Shown here: positions 9,727 to 18,999 of the stretch, piece after piece
Position numbering within the stretch: position 1 is the stretch's first letter
How the letters are laid out: each line of letters begins with the position of its first letter
IMG/VR virus record: IMGVR_UViG_3300022670_000197
Location: 1-47,589 of that record
Source of the DNA: a virus
Taxonomy: Duplodnaviria; Caudoviricetes
Direction: 5' to 3' (one strand)
Length of the DNA stretch: 47,589 nt
Translations under genes and position numbers: made by a program
Notes under the pieces: model-generated
What the model was told of the DNA's origin: nothing
The model's database searches: none
The model's input: the letters and a program-made list of their open reading frames with translations, nothing else

Positions 9727-10141
9727 CGACCAAATACTAGTTTTATTCGATGAGGTAGATGACGAAATTGCGGAGAAGGATTTAGGCAATGGCAAGAAAT
9801 TATACATGGCTAAATCATTGGATAGCGATGAACGCGCGAAACAACATCGGATGGATCAGGCATCGCAGACTAAGGCAACTATTGTTGATATGTCAGATGA
9901 GGCTTTTCTGGATTTGAGGATGCGGGCTGATGAGGCTTATGATAAGGTTGATTTGGACTCTGCAAGTAAAAGCGAATTTGATGGCACTACTGACAAGTGG
10001 TATGAACTCAAAAACCAAATACCAGAAATCGGCGAAAGAATATTCATGTCAAAATACGCTGGCGAGTTCGTTAAAGGCAGTGATGACGTGGATTATAAAG
10101 TAATCCGTGAGGGTGAAATCAACTGTTTTATTAATTTCTAA
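9689..10141 (+). CDS. groES: GroES/Cpn10-like co-chaperonin with insertion
   Basis: IRLIDDQILV..ATIVDMS..PEIGERIFMSKYAGEFVKGSDDVDYKVIREGEI matches the Cpn10 pattern. Confidence 0.8.
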   Translation: MKKYNKQGIRLIDDQILVLFDEVDDEIAEKDLGNGKKLYMAKSLDSDERAKQHRMDQASQTKATIVDMSDEAFLDLRMRADEAYDKVDLDSASKSEFDGTTDKWYELKNQIPEIGERIFMSKYAGEFVKGSDDVDYKVIREGEINCFINF

Positions 10142-10152
10142 GAGGTAGAAAA

Positions 10153-11004
10153 ATGAGTGAGGAAGATAACGCGGCTTTGGCTGCGAATAATGACGCACGT
10201 CCAGATGAAGGTTCGGGCGAAGGTCAAGCACCCCCAACTGGGGAAGATTCTCAATCTGAAAATATTCAGGCTGACAATATTGATTACGAAGCTTTTGCAA
10301 AGGTGCAAGGTTGGGCTCCTAAGGAAAAATGGCGTGGTGATGAAGGCAGATGGAAAGATGCCGAGACGTTCGTAAAGGACGGCCAGAACATGCAATCAAC
10401 TCTGAAGGCTACAGTTCAAAGGCAGGACCGCGAGTTGCAAGACCAGCGTGAAGCCAACGAACGCACTTTAAAGATGTTTGAGCCTATATCTAAAAAAGCC
10501 AAAGCTGACGCATTGCGTGAAATACGTAACGAGCAGAAACTGGCTTTAGAGGATGAGGATGATAAACGTTACGATGAATTAGAAGGTAGGAAAACCAAGG
10601 TTTACGAGGAGTTCCAACCACAGCCGAAAGCACGGCCGCAACAACCACAAGAAGATCCTGCCGTTGCGCAGTTCAAAGCTGATAATGACTGGTACGAAAA
10701 AGACCTTCTAATGACGCAAAAAGCTCAAGAATATTGTCAACGAATAAATACTCTGCCACCGGCAGAGCAATTAAAGGAAGTTAAAAAATACATGGTACAT
10801 GAATTCCCCGATAAATTCGAGAACCCACGGAGGCAAGCGGCCCCCACGGTTTCAAACGCACCACCCCCGTCTAAGGTAAAGAAAACTAAAGGTTGGAATG
10901 ATATTCCACCTGCCGATCAGAAAATGGGCAGGGGCGTAATGAAAAGCACGGGAATGGACCAAGAAGAATATGTTAAATCCTATTTTGAGATGGAGAATCT
11001 ATAA
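10153..11004 (+). CDS. Capsid scaffolding protein
   Basis: AKVQGWAPKEKWRGD..WKDAETFV; acidic helical protein upstream of the capsid genes. Confidence 0.75.
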   Translation: MSEEDNAALAANNDARPDEGSGEGQAPPTGEDSQSENIQADNIDYEAFAKVQGWAPKEKWRGDEGRWKDAETFVKDGQNMQSTLKATVQRQDRELQDQREANERTLKMFEPISKKAKADALREIRNEQKLALEDEDDKRYDELEGRKTKVYEEFQPQPKARPQQPQEDPAVAQFKADNDWYEKDLLMTQKAQEYCQRINTLPPAEQLKEVKKYMVHEFPDKFENPRRQAAPTVSNAPPPSKVKKTKGWNDIPPADQKMGRGVMKSTGMDQEEYVKSYFEMENL

Positions 11005-11597
11005 TGAAACTAGAAGAATTTAGAGCAGTACAAGCCCAGGCAAAAGCTTTGGGTATAAGCTCACACCAGAAATCTGGAGAAACGCTGCAAGAAGAGATTG
11101 CAGCTAAACAAGCATCACAGGCTCCGCATACTGCGGTGTTGGGTGCTGTTATTGATACGCGCAAGCAAGAGGCTAAAGACGCGCGTATGGAGGGTCGCGC
11201 TAGGCGTGGCGGGGCAATACTTGGAAAGGGAGAGATGAAGCTCAACCGCCCCGAGTATGAAAGAGCCGGCTATCATCGCCGCTGGTTTAGAGATGAGGGC
11301 GGGCGTTTAGATGGCGCATATGCGAATGATTACGATTATGTAGAGAAAAATGATGGTAGTAAAACAACTATTCGTAGCGGAACAAATGCAGATGGGTCTA
11401 TTCGCACTCTGTATTTAATGGAGAAGCGTCTTGACTGGCATAAAGAGGATCAGTGGAAAAAGCGCGAAGGCGATAGAAAGAGCGACAAACTGCTGAGAGC
11501 AGGTAAATACGCTGGTGGAAAACACGGAGGCGCGGCGGCTGCGGCGGCTGCAGGTGTTGCTATGTACGACCCCACCGGTGGAATAAAAATCACATAA
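11004..11597 (+). CDS. Conserved head-module protein
   Basis: GYHRRWFRDEGGRL..LYLMEK motif; position in head operon. Confidence 0.6.
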   Translation: MKLEEFRAVQAQAKALGISSHQKSGETLQEEIAAKQASQAPHTAVLGAVIDTRKQEAKDARMEGRARRGGAILGKGEMKLNRPEYERAGYHRRWFRDEGGRLDGAYANDYDYVEKNDGSKTTIRSGTNADGSIRTLYLMEKRLDWHKEDQWKKREGDRKSDKLLRAGKYAGGKHGGAAAAAAAGVAMYDPTGGIKIT

Positions 11598-11626
11598 TTT
11601 AAAATTTAAATCAAAGGAGTCATATT

Positions 11627-12238
11627 ATGGCTAATAAAGATGCTCCATTTGGCCTTGCGCCAATTAAGCATAAGAACGGTGCGCCCTACAACGGTTCGGC
11701 TCGCCCTTACTACATAGCCTCTGGATACGGAACGGCTTTATTTGTTGGTGACCCTGTTATTAAAACAGGAACTTCAAATACTGCTGCATTCGAGGGGAAA
11801 GCTGCCGGTACAATGCCGGAAATAAATAAGTCGGCGGCTGGTGACGGCTCTGCAATAACTGGTGTAATTATCGGTTTTGGCGTGGACAGCAATAACTTGG
11901 ACAAACAGTTTAATCCAGCAAGTACTGAAAGAATTGCTTGGGTTGCTGATGATCCTGATCTTGTTTTCTTAATGCAAGATGATGGTGGTGGTGCATTAGA
12001 TGCTACTACTATTGGCTTAAACGCAGTGCTTATCTTTACCACAGCTGGCAATACTTCTACCGGTCAATCTGGTGTTGAGATTGACGGCGGCACGACTGAT
12101 GCACCTGCAGCTGATGCTAGTAATCAATTAACTATCTTGCGCTTGCATGACGTTGTCGACAACGAGCTTGCCGATTTTGCAGTGTGGGAAGTTAAAATCA
12201 ATCAACATACCGAAACTGATAACGTTATAGGTATTTAG
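11627..12238 (+). CDS. Capsid cement/decoration protein
   Basis: MANKDAPFGLAP..LFVGDPV..VADDPDLVF; immediately before the MCP. Confidence 0.65.
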   Translation: MANKDAPFGLAPIKHKNGAPYNGSARPYYIASGYGTALFVGDPVIKTGTSNTAAFEGKAAGTMPEINKSAAGDGSAITGVIIGFGVDSNNLDKQFNPASTERIAWVADDPDLVFLMQDDGGGALDATTIGLNAVLIFTTAGNTSTGQSGVEIDGGTTDAPAADASNQLTILRLHDVVDNELADFAVWEVKINQHTETDNVIGI

Positions 12239-12253
12239 GAAAGGAGAATAATT

Positions 12254-13165
12254 ATGGCTGGTGTTATAATCAGAGGTACTATACCTCAAGCTACCCGTCC
12301 CGGTGTTAAGAAATACTGGGGTAATTATGAGAAACTACCGAAATATTGTGAAGAGATTTATAATACGGTTAGTTCTGATAAAAACTATGAAGACTACGTC
12401 CAAGTTAATAATATGGACAAAGCCCCTGCCAAAGATGAGGGTGATGGTGTTGTGTATGATGATGTTACGCAAGGTTACACGACCAAGCTAACTAACGTAT
12501 CATATGCTAAAGGATTTATTATCTCACGTGAAGCAAGGGATGACTTCCGTTATTTTGACACAATGAAGCGTGGTATTTACGCGCTTGGTTTGGCAGCTTA
12601 TCAAACTACTGAGGTGCTGGCAGCTAACGTGTTTAACAATGGATTTACCTCTGCGGTAGGTGGTGACGGCAAGGCGCTTCTTGCTACTGACCACCCGACT
12701 GGTTCAGGGGATCAATCCAATGAGCTGGCTGTATCTGCTGACTTCTCTGAGGCTGCTGTGGAGGATTTAAGTATCCAAATCCGTAAGGCTCAAGATGATG
12801 CGGGTAACCAAATCTCACTACAGGCAGACCTTTTGTTCGGTGCTCCTGATAACGTATTTGAATTTGAGCGTTTACTTAAATCTCAATTGCGTGTCGATAC
12901 TGCGAATAACGATGTTAACGCAGTACGGAATATGAGCATTTTCCCGAAAGGTTATGTAACCAATCCATTCTTAACTGATGCGGACGCTTTCTTTATGAGA
13001 GCTACTGGATCGGCTGCAAATGGGCTTATCTATCAGAAACGTCAGGCTTTGGAGTTTTCTAAGGATAACGATTTTGATACGGATAATGAGAAGTATAAAA
13101 TCTTCTTTAGAGAGGTGTTTCTTTGGGATGACTGGCGTGCGGTTTACGGCTCACCTGGTGCTTAA
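12254..13165 (+). CDS. Major capsid protein (HK97 fold, Mu gpT-like)
   Basis: AANVFNNGF..GGDGKALLATDHP..NPFLTDADAFF..DFDTDN..DWRAVYGSPGA. Confidence 0.9.
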   Translation: MAGVIIRGTIPQATRPGVKKYWGNYEKLPKYCEEIYNTVSSDKNYEDYVQVNNMDKAPAKDEGDGVVYDDVTQGYTTKLTNVSYAKGFIISREARDDFRYFDTMKRGIYALGLAAYQTTEVLAANVFNNGFTSAVGGDGKALLATDHPTGSGDQSNELAVSADFSEAAVEDLSIQIRKAQDDAGNQISLQADLLFGAPDNVFEFERLLKSQLRVDTANNDVNAVRNMSIFPKGYVTNPFLTDADAFFMRATGSAANGLIYQKRQALEFSKDNDFDTDNEKYKIFFREVFLWDDWRAVYGSPGA

Positions 13166-13271
13166 TTAATATTTATGGGGTGGGGATATTTATCCCTGCC
13201 CTTAACTGCCGAACTATGAGGGGGCAACCTTTCCATAACGGCTCTAAACGAGTTCATAGGAGGACTAATAA

Positions 13272-14222
13272 ATGACAAACTCAAGCTACTCACAAAGGTT
13301 CAACAGCGTAGAAATTTCTGGTGTCCCTATTTTACAAACACATCCAGGTGAGGTTTTTTGGTTAAATAATTCAACCGTCCTTCCTAAAAAAGGAAGAGGT
13401 GGATCTGATGGAAACAAAGGAACATACCTGAGTCCATTTGAAAATCTTGATTTTGCAGTAGGCCGATGCACTGCATCCCGTGGTGATGTCATTATGGTGA
13501 TGCCAGGACATGCCGAAACATTAAGTGCGGCGGATGCTGTTGATCTTGATGTGGTTGGGATTTCGGTTATCGGGCTTGGTAATGGAACAAATCGTGCTAC
13601 GTTTACAATGGATAACGCTGCTGGTGAAATCACCATAGGTGCTAATAATGTAACGATTGAGAATATCATCATCAACGCGTCTGTTACCGCTGTCCTGAAA
13701 GGGGTTAATGTGGAAGCGGCTGTAAATAACGTGACAATAAGAAATTGTACGTTTGGTGTTGATCTTGCTGGTACAGACGAATTCCTACATACTATCAGCT
13801 TTGAGAATGGCTCAACGGATTCTTTAATCGAGAATTGTACGATTGATCAGGGCATAGGTGGAGCTACAGCGGCTATTATTGCTGATGCGGATACTGATAA
13901 GCTTACTATCCGGAATAACGTTATCCGTGGAGATTATGGAACTGCAAATATCGTGGGTGATACTACGCTATCAACTCAGATCCTAATTCGTGGCAATATC
14001 TTGGTTAATGGCGTAGGTGGTAACCTTAACGCACAGCCAGGAATCGAGCTACTTACTGGTACGACTGGAATTATTGCTGATAACTATATTGTATGTAACT
14101 TGGCAACTAAGGCCGCTTCAGTTGTGGCGGATACCTGCTTGCTGTTCGAGAACTATTACAATGAAGATATTTCTGGTGCTGCTACAGGTGGTATTATCGG
14201 CGCTGCTTCGGCAGATGACTAA
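13272..14222 (+). CDS. Right-handed beta-helix virion protein (head fibre/spike-like)
   Basis: RGDVIMVMPGHAETL and repeated VTIENIII/IRNCTF/IENCTI/IRNNVI/IRGNIL coils. Confidence 0.7.
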   Translation: MTNSSYSQRFNSVEISGVPILQTHPGEVFWLNNSTVLPKKGRGGSDGNKGTYLSPFENLDFAVGRCTASRGDVIMVMPGHAETLSAADAVDLDVVGISVIGLGNGTNRATFTMDNAAGEITIGANNVTIENIIINASVTAVLKGVNVEAAVNNVTIRNCTFGVDLAGTDEFLHTISFENGSTDSLIENCTIDQGIGGATAAIIADADTDKLTIRNNVIRGDYGTANIVGDTTLSTQILIRGNILVNGVGGNLNAQPGIELLTGTTGIIADNYIVCNLATKAASVVADTCLLFENYYNEDISGAATGGIIGAASADD

Positions 14223-14227
14223 TAACT

Positions 14228-14252
14228 AGGGGGGTTTCGGCCTCCCTTTTTT
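14228..14252 (+). terminator. Rho-independent terminator
   Basis: AGGGGGGT-TTCG-GCCTCCCT followed by a T run. Confidence 0.8.
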
Positions 14253-14268
14253 AATATGGAGAATTAAA

Positions 14269-14655
14269 ATGGCCGATGCAGTTACAGTTACAAAATTGTT
14301 TGAAGGCGCAAAACACGTTTATTACCAGTTTACAAATAACTCTGACGGAACAGGAGAGGCTGCGGTCTCGAAGATAGATATCAGCACTCTGACTTCCGAT
14401 GGTAGAACGCCCACCAGATTATCTTTGATTTCGATTGATGGCAACTCAATAGGAATGATTACCACCCTATTATGGGACCATACTTCTGATGTAGTAATCG
14501 GTGAATTTTCCGGCGATGTTATCATAGACTATGACAAAGTTGGCGGGAAGCACGATACCGGCACAGGTGGTACTGGTGATATATTGGCTACAACAACAGG
14601 CCATACAGCAGGTGATAGTTATAATTTTGTCACCAAATGGCGGAAGAAGTTTTAA
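14269..14655 (+). CDS. Virion structural protein
   Basis: MADAVT..SDGTGEAAVSKIDISTL..GTGDIL; beta-rich. Confidence 0.65.
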   Translation: MADAVTVTKLFEGAKHVYYQFTNNSDGTGEAAVSKIDISTLTSDGRTPTRLSLISIDGNSIGMITTLLWDHTSDVVIGEFSGDVIIDYDKVGGKHDTGTGGTGDILATTTGHTAGDSYNFVTKWRKKF

Positions 14656-14874
14656 ATGGGTGCAAATTATTTAAGGCGGGGGTCACACAATGTTATTTGT
14701 GACAGAAGTGGGATAAAATGCAAAGTCGAAGAAACTCGTAAAGAATGGAACGGCCTACGCGTTCATCGCAAATACTGGGAGGCTCGCCACCCTCAAGATA
14801 AACTGCGGTTATATGAAGATAACCAGCGTGTCCCGGATCCACGCCCTGAATTGCCGGATAAATTTGAAACATAA
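14656..14874 (+). CDS. Conserved small protein (ICDRSG family)
   Basis: ICDRSG..EWNGLRV..WEARHPQ..DPRPE. Confidence 0.7.
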   Translation: MGANYLRRGSHNVICDRSGIKCKVEETRKEWNGLRVHRKYWEARHPQDKLRLYEDNQRVPDPRPELPDKFET

Positions 14875-14885
14875 GGAGAATTACT

Positions 14886-15017
14886 ATGCCTAAAGGAATA
14901 TATGGAAAAGGTAGCACCCCAACTGGTGGTACACGTTTGCAGAAGAAAATTGCAATGGGGAAGAAGGTGAAGAAGAATCCTGCTAAGAAAAAAGCTGTTA
15001 AGAGGGGTGGTTATTAA
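14886..15017 (+). CDS. 43-aa Lys-rich basic peptide (not in ORF track)
   Basis: AAGGAG RBS; MPKGIYGKG..MGKKVKKNPAKKKAVKRGGY; TAATG overlap with next gene. Confidence 0.65.
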   Translation: MPKGIYGKGSTPTGGTRLQKKIAMGKKVKKNPAKKKAVKRGGY

Positions 15018-15979
15018 TGGCTACGTCCGGCTCATTCAACTACACCCGTACAGCGGGTGATGTAATAAAGGCTGGCCTGCGTAAGCTGGGTATTCTGGCA
15101 GAGGGGGAGGAGCCGTCTGCTGAACAAATGAAAGATGGTTTGGAAGATCTTAACCTATTGGTTAAAGCGTGGCCTGCTCGGGGTATTGACCTTTGGCGTT
15201 ATGAAGAACTGACGGTATTCCTTGAGGTCGGCAAGCAATCTTACAATATCGGGCCAACTGGAGATGAAGCTACATTTAATGCTTTTAAAACTGAAGTAGC
15301 AACAGCTGCATTGCTTGGAGCGTCTACTGTCGCGGTGGATTCTGATGCCAATATAACTAATGGCGATGTGATAGGAATAGAGCTTGATGATGGAACTTTG
15401 CAATGGACCACGGTTAACGGGGTTCCTGTTGCTAATGTTGTCACGTTGACGGCTGTTTTAACGGCTGCGGCAGCTATAGATAATCATGTATATAATTATA
15501 CCTCGATAGCCCAGAGGCCACTACGGATATATGACGGTCGCCTAAAAATTAACGATGGCAACGAGATACCTACTGTTGCATTGTCACGTAGTAGCTATAA
15601 GGCATTGCCAACAAAGACATCGCAAGGAAAGGCTACTCAATATTATTATGATCCACAGTTAGACAATGGTGTAATATTTACATGGCCTACGGCAGATACA
15701 GTAAAAGATAGGCTGCTTTTTTCTGCGCAACGGCAGCTTGAGGATTTGGATAACGCCACTGATAATCTGGATTTTCCGCAAGAATGGCTGAGAGCTATTA
15801 TATGGAATCTATCTATTGATATGGCTTTCGATTATCAGATAATGACTACGGCTTCTCTGCTTTATGAGAAGTTAGAAGCTAAGGCTAGGGAATATCTGGA
15901 GGAGGTGGAAAACTTCGACGTTGAAAACACGACCATTAACTTTATGCCTTCAGACGAAGACGTTGAGGGCTGGGAATGA
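15017..15979 (+). CDS. Head-tail adaptor (P22 gp4-like) with inserted beta domain
   Basis: VIKAGLRKLGILAEGE..LEDLNLLVKAW..LDFPQEWLRAIIWNL. Confidence 0.8.
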   Translation: MATSGSFNYTRTAGDVIKAGLRKLGILAEGEEPSAEQMKDGLEDLNLLVKAWPARGIDLWRYEELTVFLEVGKQSYNIGPTGDEATFNAFKTEVATAALLGASTVAVDSDANITNGDVIGIELDDGTLQWTTVNGVPVANVVTLTAVLTAAAAIDNHVYNYTSIAQRPLRIYDGRLKINDGNEIPTVALSRSSYKALPTKTSQGKATQYYYDPQLDNGVIFTWPTADTVKDRLLFSAQRQLEDLDNATDNLDFPQEWLRAIIWNLSIDMAFDYQIMTTASLLYEKLEAKAREYLEEVENFDVENTTINFMPSDEDVEGWE

Positions 15980-17358
15980 GGATACCACTACCTACGCACA
16001 CCTATGAGCTGCGCAGTAAACCGCAATCATCTCAGGGCTTGGTGAATTTATACTGGGAACCTGCTCCACCTGAGACCAAAACGGAGGAAGGATTATACTC
16101 AACACCTGGATTGCCGCCATTTGCCAATGTGGGGGATGGTCCTATTTGGGGGTTACATACCCTTGCAGGATTGCTATATGTAGTATCTGGTGATAATGTT
16201 TTCACGGTAGATTCTGCCGGTGGTGCAAATGATTTAGGTGCAATCGGCACGGTTAGCGATGTGGTTATCATGGCAGATAATGGTACGCATGTTAATATTG
16301 TTAAGGAGGATGGGGCATCTTATAACGCAACTGCCTCAACATTGGCGCAGATTATAGACCCTGACTTCCCGAGTGTTACATCTGTTACTGTGCTGAATTT
16401 TTTCGGAATCTTTACCAAGACAGGCACAACGCAGTTTGTTATTTCGGCATTGAATGATTTGACTGCATATGATGCGTTAGATATTGCAAGTGCTGAGGGA
16501 AAGCCTGATTTATTAGTGAGAGGTTTTGCCTTTGCTGAGGAATTATGGCTATTCGGCGAGAAAACAATTGAGATATGGGACGGCGTGGCAACTGGCTTTC
16601 CATTCAAGGCAAGGCGTAGCTCCTCAATACAAAGAGGCTGCGGGGCGAAGCGTTCGGTAGCTCAAGAAGACAATACAATCTTCTGGCTTGGTGAGGATAG
16701 GACGGTATACCGGGCAAAAGGATACACACCTGAAAGAATATCCACGCATGCTATTGAAGCGTCATTACAGGCTTATACTACGATTGATGACGCAGAAGCA
16801 TTTGTATACACTCAAGATGGTCATAAGTTCTATGTTTTAACATTCCCTACGGAACTAGAAACATGGGTGTATGATATAGCAACGCAAAAATGGCATCAAA
16901 GGCAATCGTTTGAAGAAGGACGCTGGAGGGCAAGTTCTCACGCATTTATTTATGATAAAAACTTAGTCGGTGATTTTGAAACCGGCACAATCTACGAGCT
17001 AGATCTAGAAACCTTTACGGATAATGGTGTAACCATCCAACGGATTATGAGATTTCCCCCAGTTTATAACAATAATAACCGTATGCATCATAGTAGTTTT
17101 GCTATTGATTTCGATTCGGGGCAAGGAACCGCCACAGGGCAGGGGGTTGATCCTGTCGCGGTTATGCAATATTCAGATGACGGGGCGAGAACCTTCAAAG
17201 GCGGGAAGAATCGCAAAATGGGAAAGATTGGGGACTATCTAAAAAGAACAGTATGGAGACGTTTGGGCTACGCGAGGCAGCGCGTTTACGAGGTGATTGT
17301 AACCGATCCGGTGAAAGTGATTGTAACTGCGGCATATATAAACGAGCCTGATTCATGA
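15976..17358 (+). CDS. Tail hub / DNA stabilisation protein (P22 gp10-like)
   Basis: LYSTPGL, IASAEGKPD, WLFGEKTIEIW, YTQDGHKFYVLTFP, WRRLG motifs. Confidence 0.9.
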   Translation: MRIPLPTHTYELRSKPQSSQGLVNLYWEPAPPETKTEEGLYSTPGLPPFANVGDGPIWGLHTLAGLLYVVSGDNVFTVDSAGGANDLGAIGTVSDVVIMADNGTHVNIVKEDGASYNATASTLAQIIDPDFPSVTSVTVLNFFGIFTKTGTTQFVISALNDLTAYDALDIASAEGKPDLLVRGFAFAEELWLFGEKTIEIWDGVATGFPFKARRSSSIQRGCGAKRSVAQEDNTIFWLGEDRTVYRAKGYTPERISTHAIEASLQAYTTIDDAEAFVYTQDGHKFYVLTFPTELETWVYDIATQKWHQRQSFEEGRWRASSHAFIYDKNLVGDFETGTIYELDLETFTDNGVTIQRIMRFPPVYNNNNRMHHSSFAIDFDSGQGTATGQGVDPVAVMQYSDDGARTFKGGKNRKMGKIGDYLKRTVWRRLGYARQRVYEVIVTDPVKVIVTAAYINEPDS

Positions 17359-17927
17359 CAAAAGAAGGAATTCCCCACTCTAGGGAGAGCGTCCTATCTG
17401 ATGAAAATTTTAGCCGTCCATGGTTTAGATTCTTTAATTCTGTTGCTGATAAAATAGGCTTACAGTCTTCTTATTCTTTGGGTGGTCGGTTAGCAACTAA
17501 TACCACGTCGGTTGGCAATGTTGGGTCTGGTGCGGATGATTTAATTACGTTTGCGTTGGAGAAAAACACTTTACTAAATGCCGGCGATACGTTGGAGATT
17601 ATGGCCTTTGGAACGCAGGCAGCCAATGCAAATAACAAAACTATCAAGTTGCTTCTGGGTTCTACTGAATTATTCAGCACAGGTGCAGTAGCTTCAAATG
17701 GGTTAGATTGGGCGTTACATGCTCGAATTATCCGAACAGGCGCGGCAACACAAAAATGTATTACGTCATTCAGCGGCGATACGGTGCTGGTGACGCAAAC
17801 GGTTGATTATGTATCGGGAACTGAAGACTTTTCCACTGCACTTACGATTAAATGCACAGGTGAGGCAACGGCAAATGATGACATTATTCAGCAGGGTTTA
17901 TTTATAAAATTATTTCCAGTGAGGTAA
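17355..17927 (+). CDS. Tail needle-position protein (gp26-like)
   Basis: FSRPWFRFF N-terminal motif; follows the gp10-like gene. Confidence 0.55.
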   Translation: MTKEGIPHSRESVLSDENFSRPWFRFFNSVADKIGLQSSYSLGGRLATNTTSVGNVGSGADDLITFALEKNTLLNAGDTLEIMAFGTQAANANNKTIKLLLGSTELFSTGAVASNGLDWALHARIIRTGAATQKCITSFSGDTVLVTQTVDYVSGTEDFSTALTIKCTGEATANDDIIQQGLFIKLFPVR

Positions 17928-17928
17928 C

Positions 17929-18999
17929 ATGGGTATTTTTGGCGGAGGTTCTTCAAAGAGAGCGGCACACGTAGCGGCTGAGGCAGCAAGGCAAGCCGGT
18001 GAAAAACTGGGCGAAGAGCAAGAAAGATATGGTGCATATTACGATCCATATCGTCAAGCTGGCGAGGCCGCACTTGGCGGACAGCAAGCGGCTCTTGGCG
18101 GTGTAAGCGATAGGATAAGCGCGCTTGATCCAAGGATTGAGGAGTTACGCGGACAACAAGCAGCATTACAGCCGCAAGCTGATGAAATGTATGACCTTGC
18201 ACGGCAGCAAGATCCAATTCTAGAGCAAATAACATCTGGAGATTATGACGCATATAAACAAACACCTGGCTACGAATTCCGTAGAGCTGAGGGATTAAAA
18301 GCAGTAGAGCAAAGCGCGGCTGCAAGTGGCGGGTTATTCTCAGGACAAACGGGTAAAGCGTTAGAGCAGTATGGACAAGATTATGGCACAAATGAATATG
18401 ATAGATATCTGAGTAGATTATATAACCAATTAGGCGCAGTTAATACGCAAATGGGTGGAAGGCAGGCGGCACTTGGTGCCGGGCAAGGACAGGTTAACGC
18501 GGGTATTAACTTACTGGATCAGGATTATAGGCAGATTGCGGCGCAAATGGGCGTATCAGATCAGTATCAGAATTTAATAGGTCAAGGTTTAAATGCAGCA
18601 GATGCGGCGGCCAGGCTTGGTATGAATACCGCCAAAACGCAAGCAAATATAACCGAAGGCAGGGGGCAGACTTACGCGGGTGGTATGATAGGAAAAGCTA
18701 ACCAATTAAGCGCAATCGGGCAGGGGGTAGCTACAATGGCGGGCACAGCTTTGGGTAGTTTTGCTGGCCCGATGGGTGCGGCGGCTGGGGCGAAAATGGG
18801 CAGTGCTTTAGCTGGAGGCGGTGGCGGCGCGCAGACGTTCGGACGGTCGGCATTACCCACGGCGGTTAACAAGCTACCATATACAAATCAATCAAATATT
18901 CAAATGGGAGCTCCCGGGGCAGCTTTACCATGGCAGCAATCACCACAACAAGGGGCTGCACTCAGATCAGCATCATCATTTAATCGGGGTTTCGCATAA
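17929..18999 (+). CDS. DNA ejection/pilot protein (P22 gp7-like)
   Basis: PGYEFRRAEGLKAVEQSAAASGGLFSGQTGKALEQYGQ. Confidence 0.8.
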   Translation: MGIFGGGSSKRAAHVAAEAARQAGEKLGEEQERYGAYYDPYRQAGEAALGGQQAALGGVSDRISALDPRIEELRGQQAALQPQADEMYDLARQQDPILEQITSGDYDAYKQTPGYEFRRAEGLKAVEQSAAASGGLFSGQTGKALEQYGQDYGTNEYDRYLSRLYNQLGAVNTQMGGRQAALGAGQGQVNAGINLLDQDYRQIAAQMGVSDQYQNLIGQGLNAADAAARLGMNTAKTQANITEGRGQTYAGGMIGKANQLSAIGQGVATMAGTALGSFAGPMGAAAGAKMGSALAGGGGGAQTFGRSALPTAVNKLPYTNQSNIQMGAPGAALPWQQSPQQGAALRSASSFNRGFA

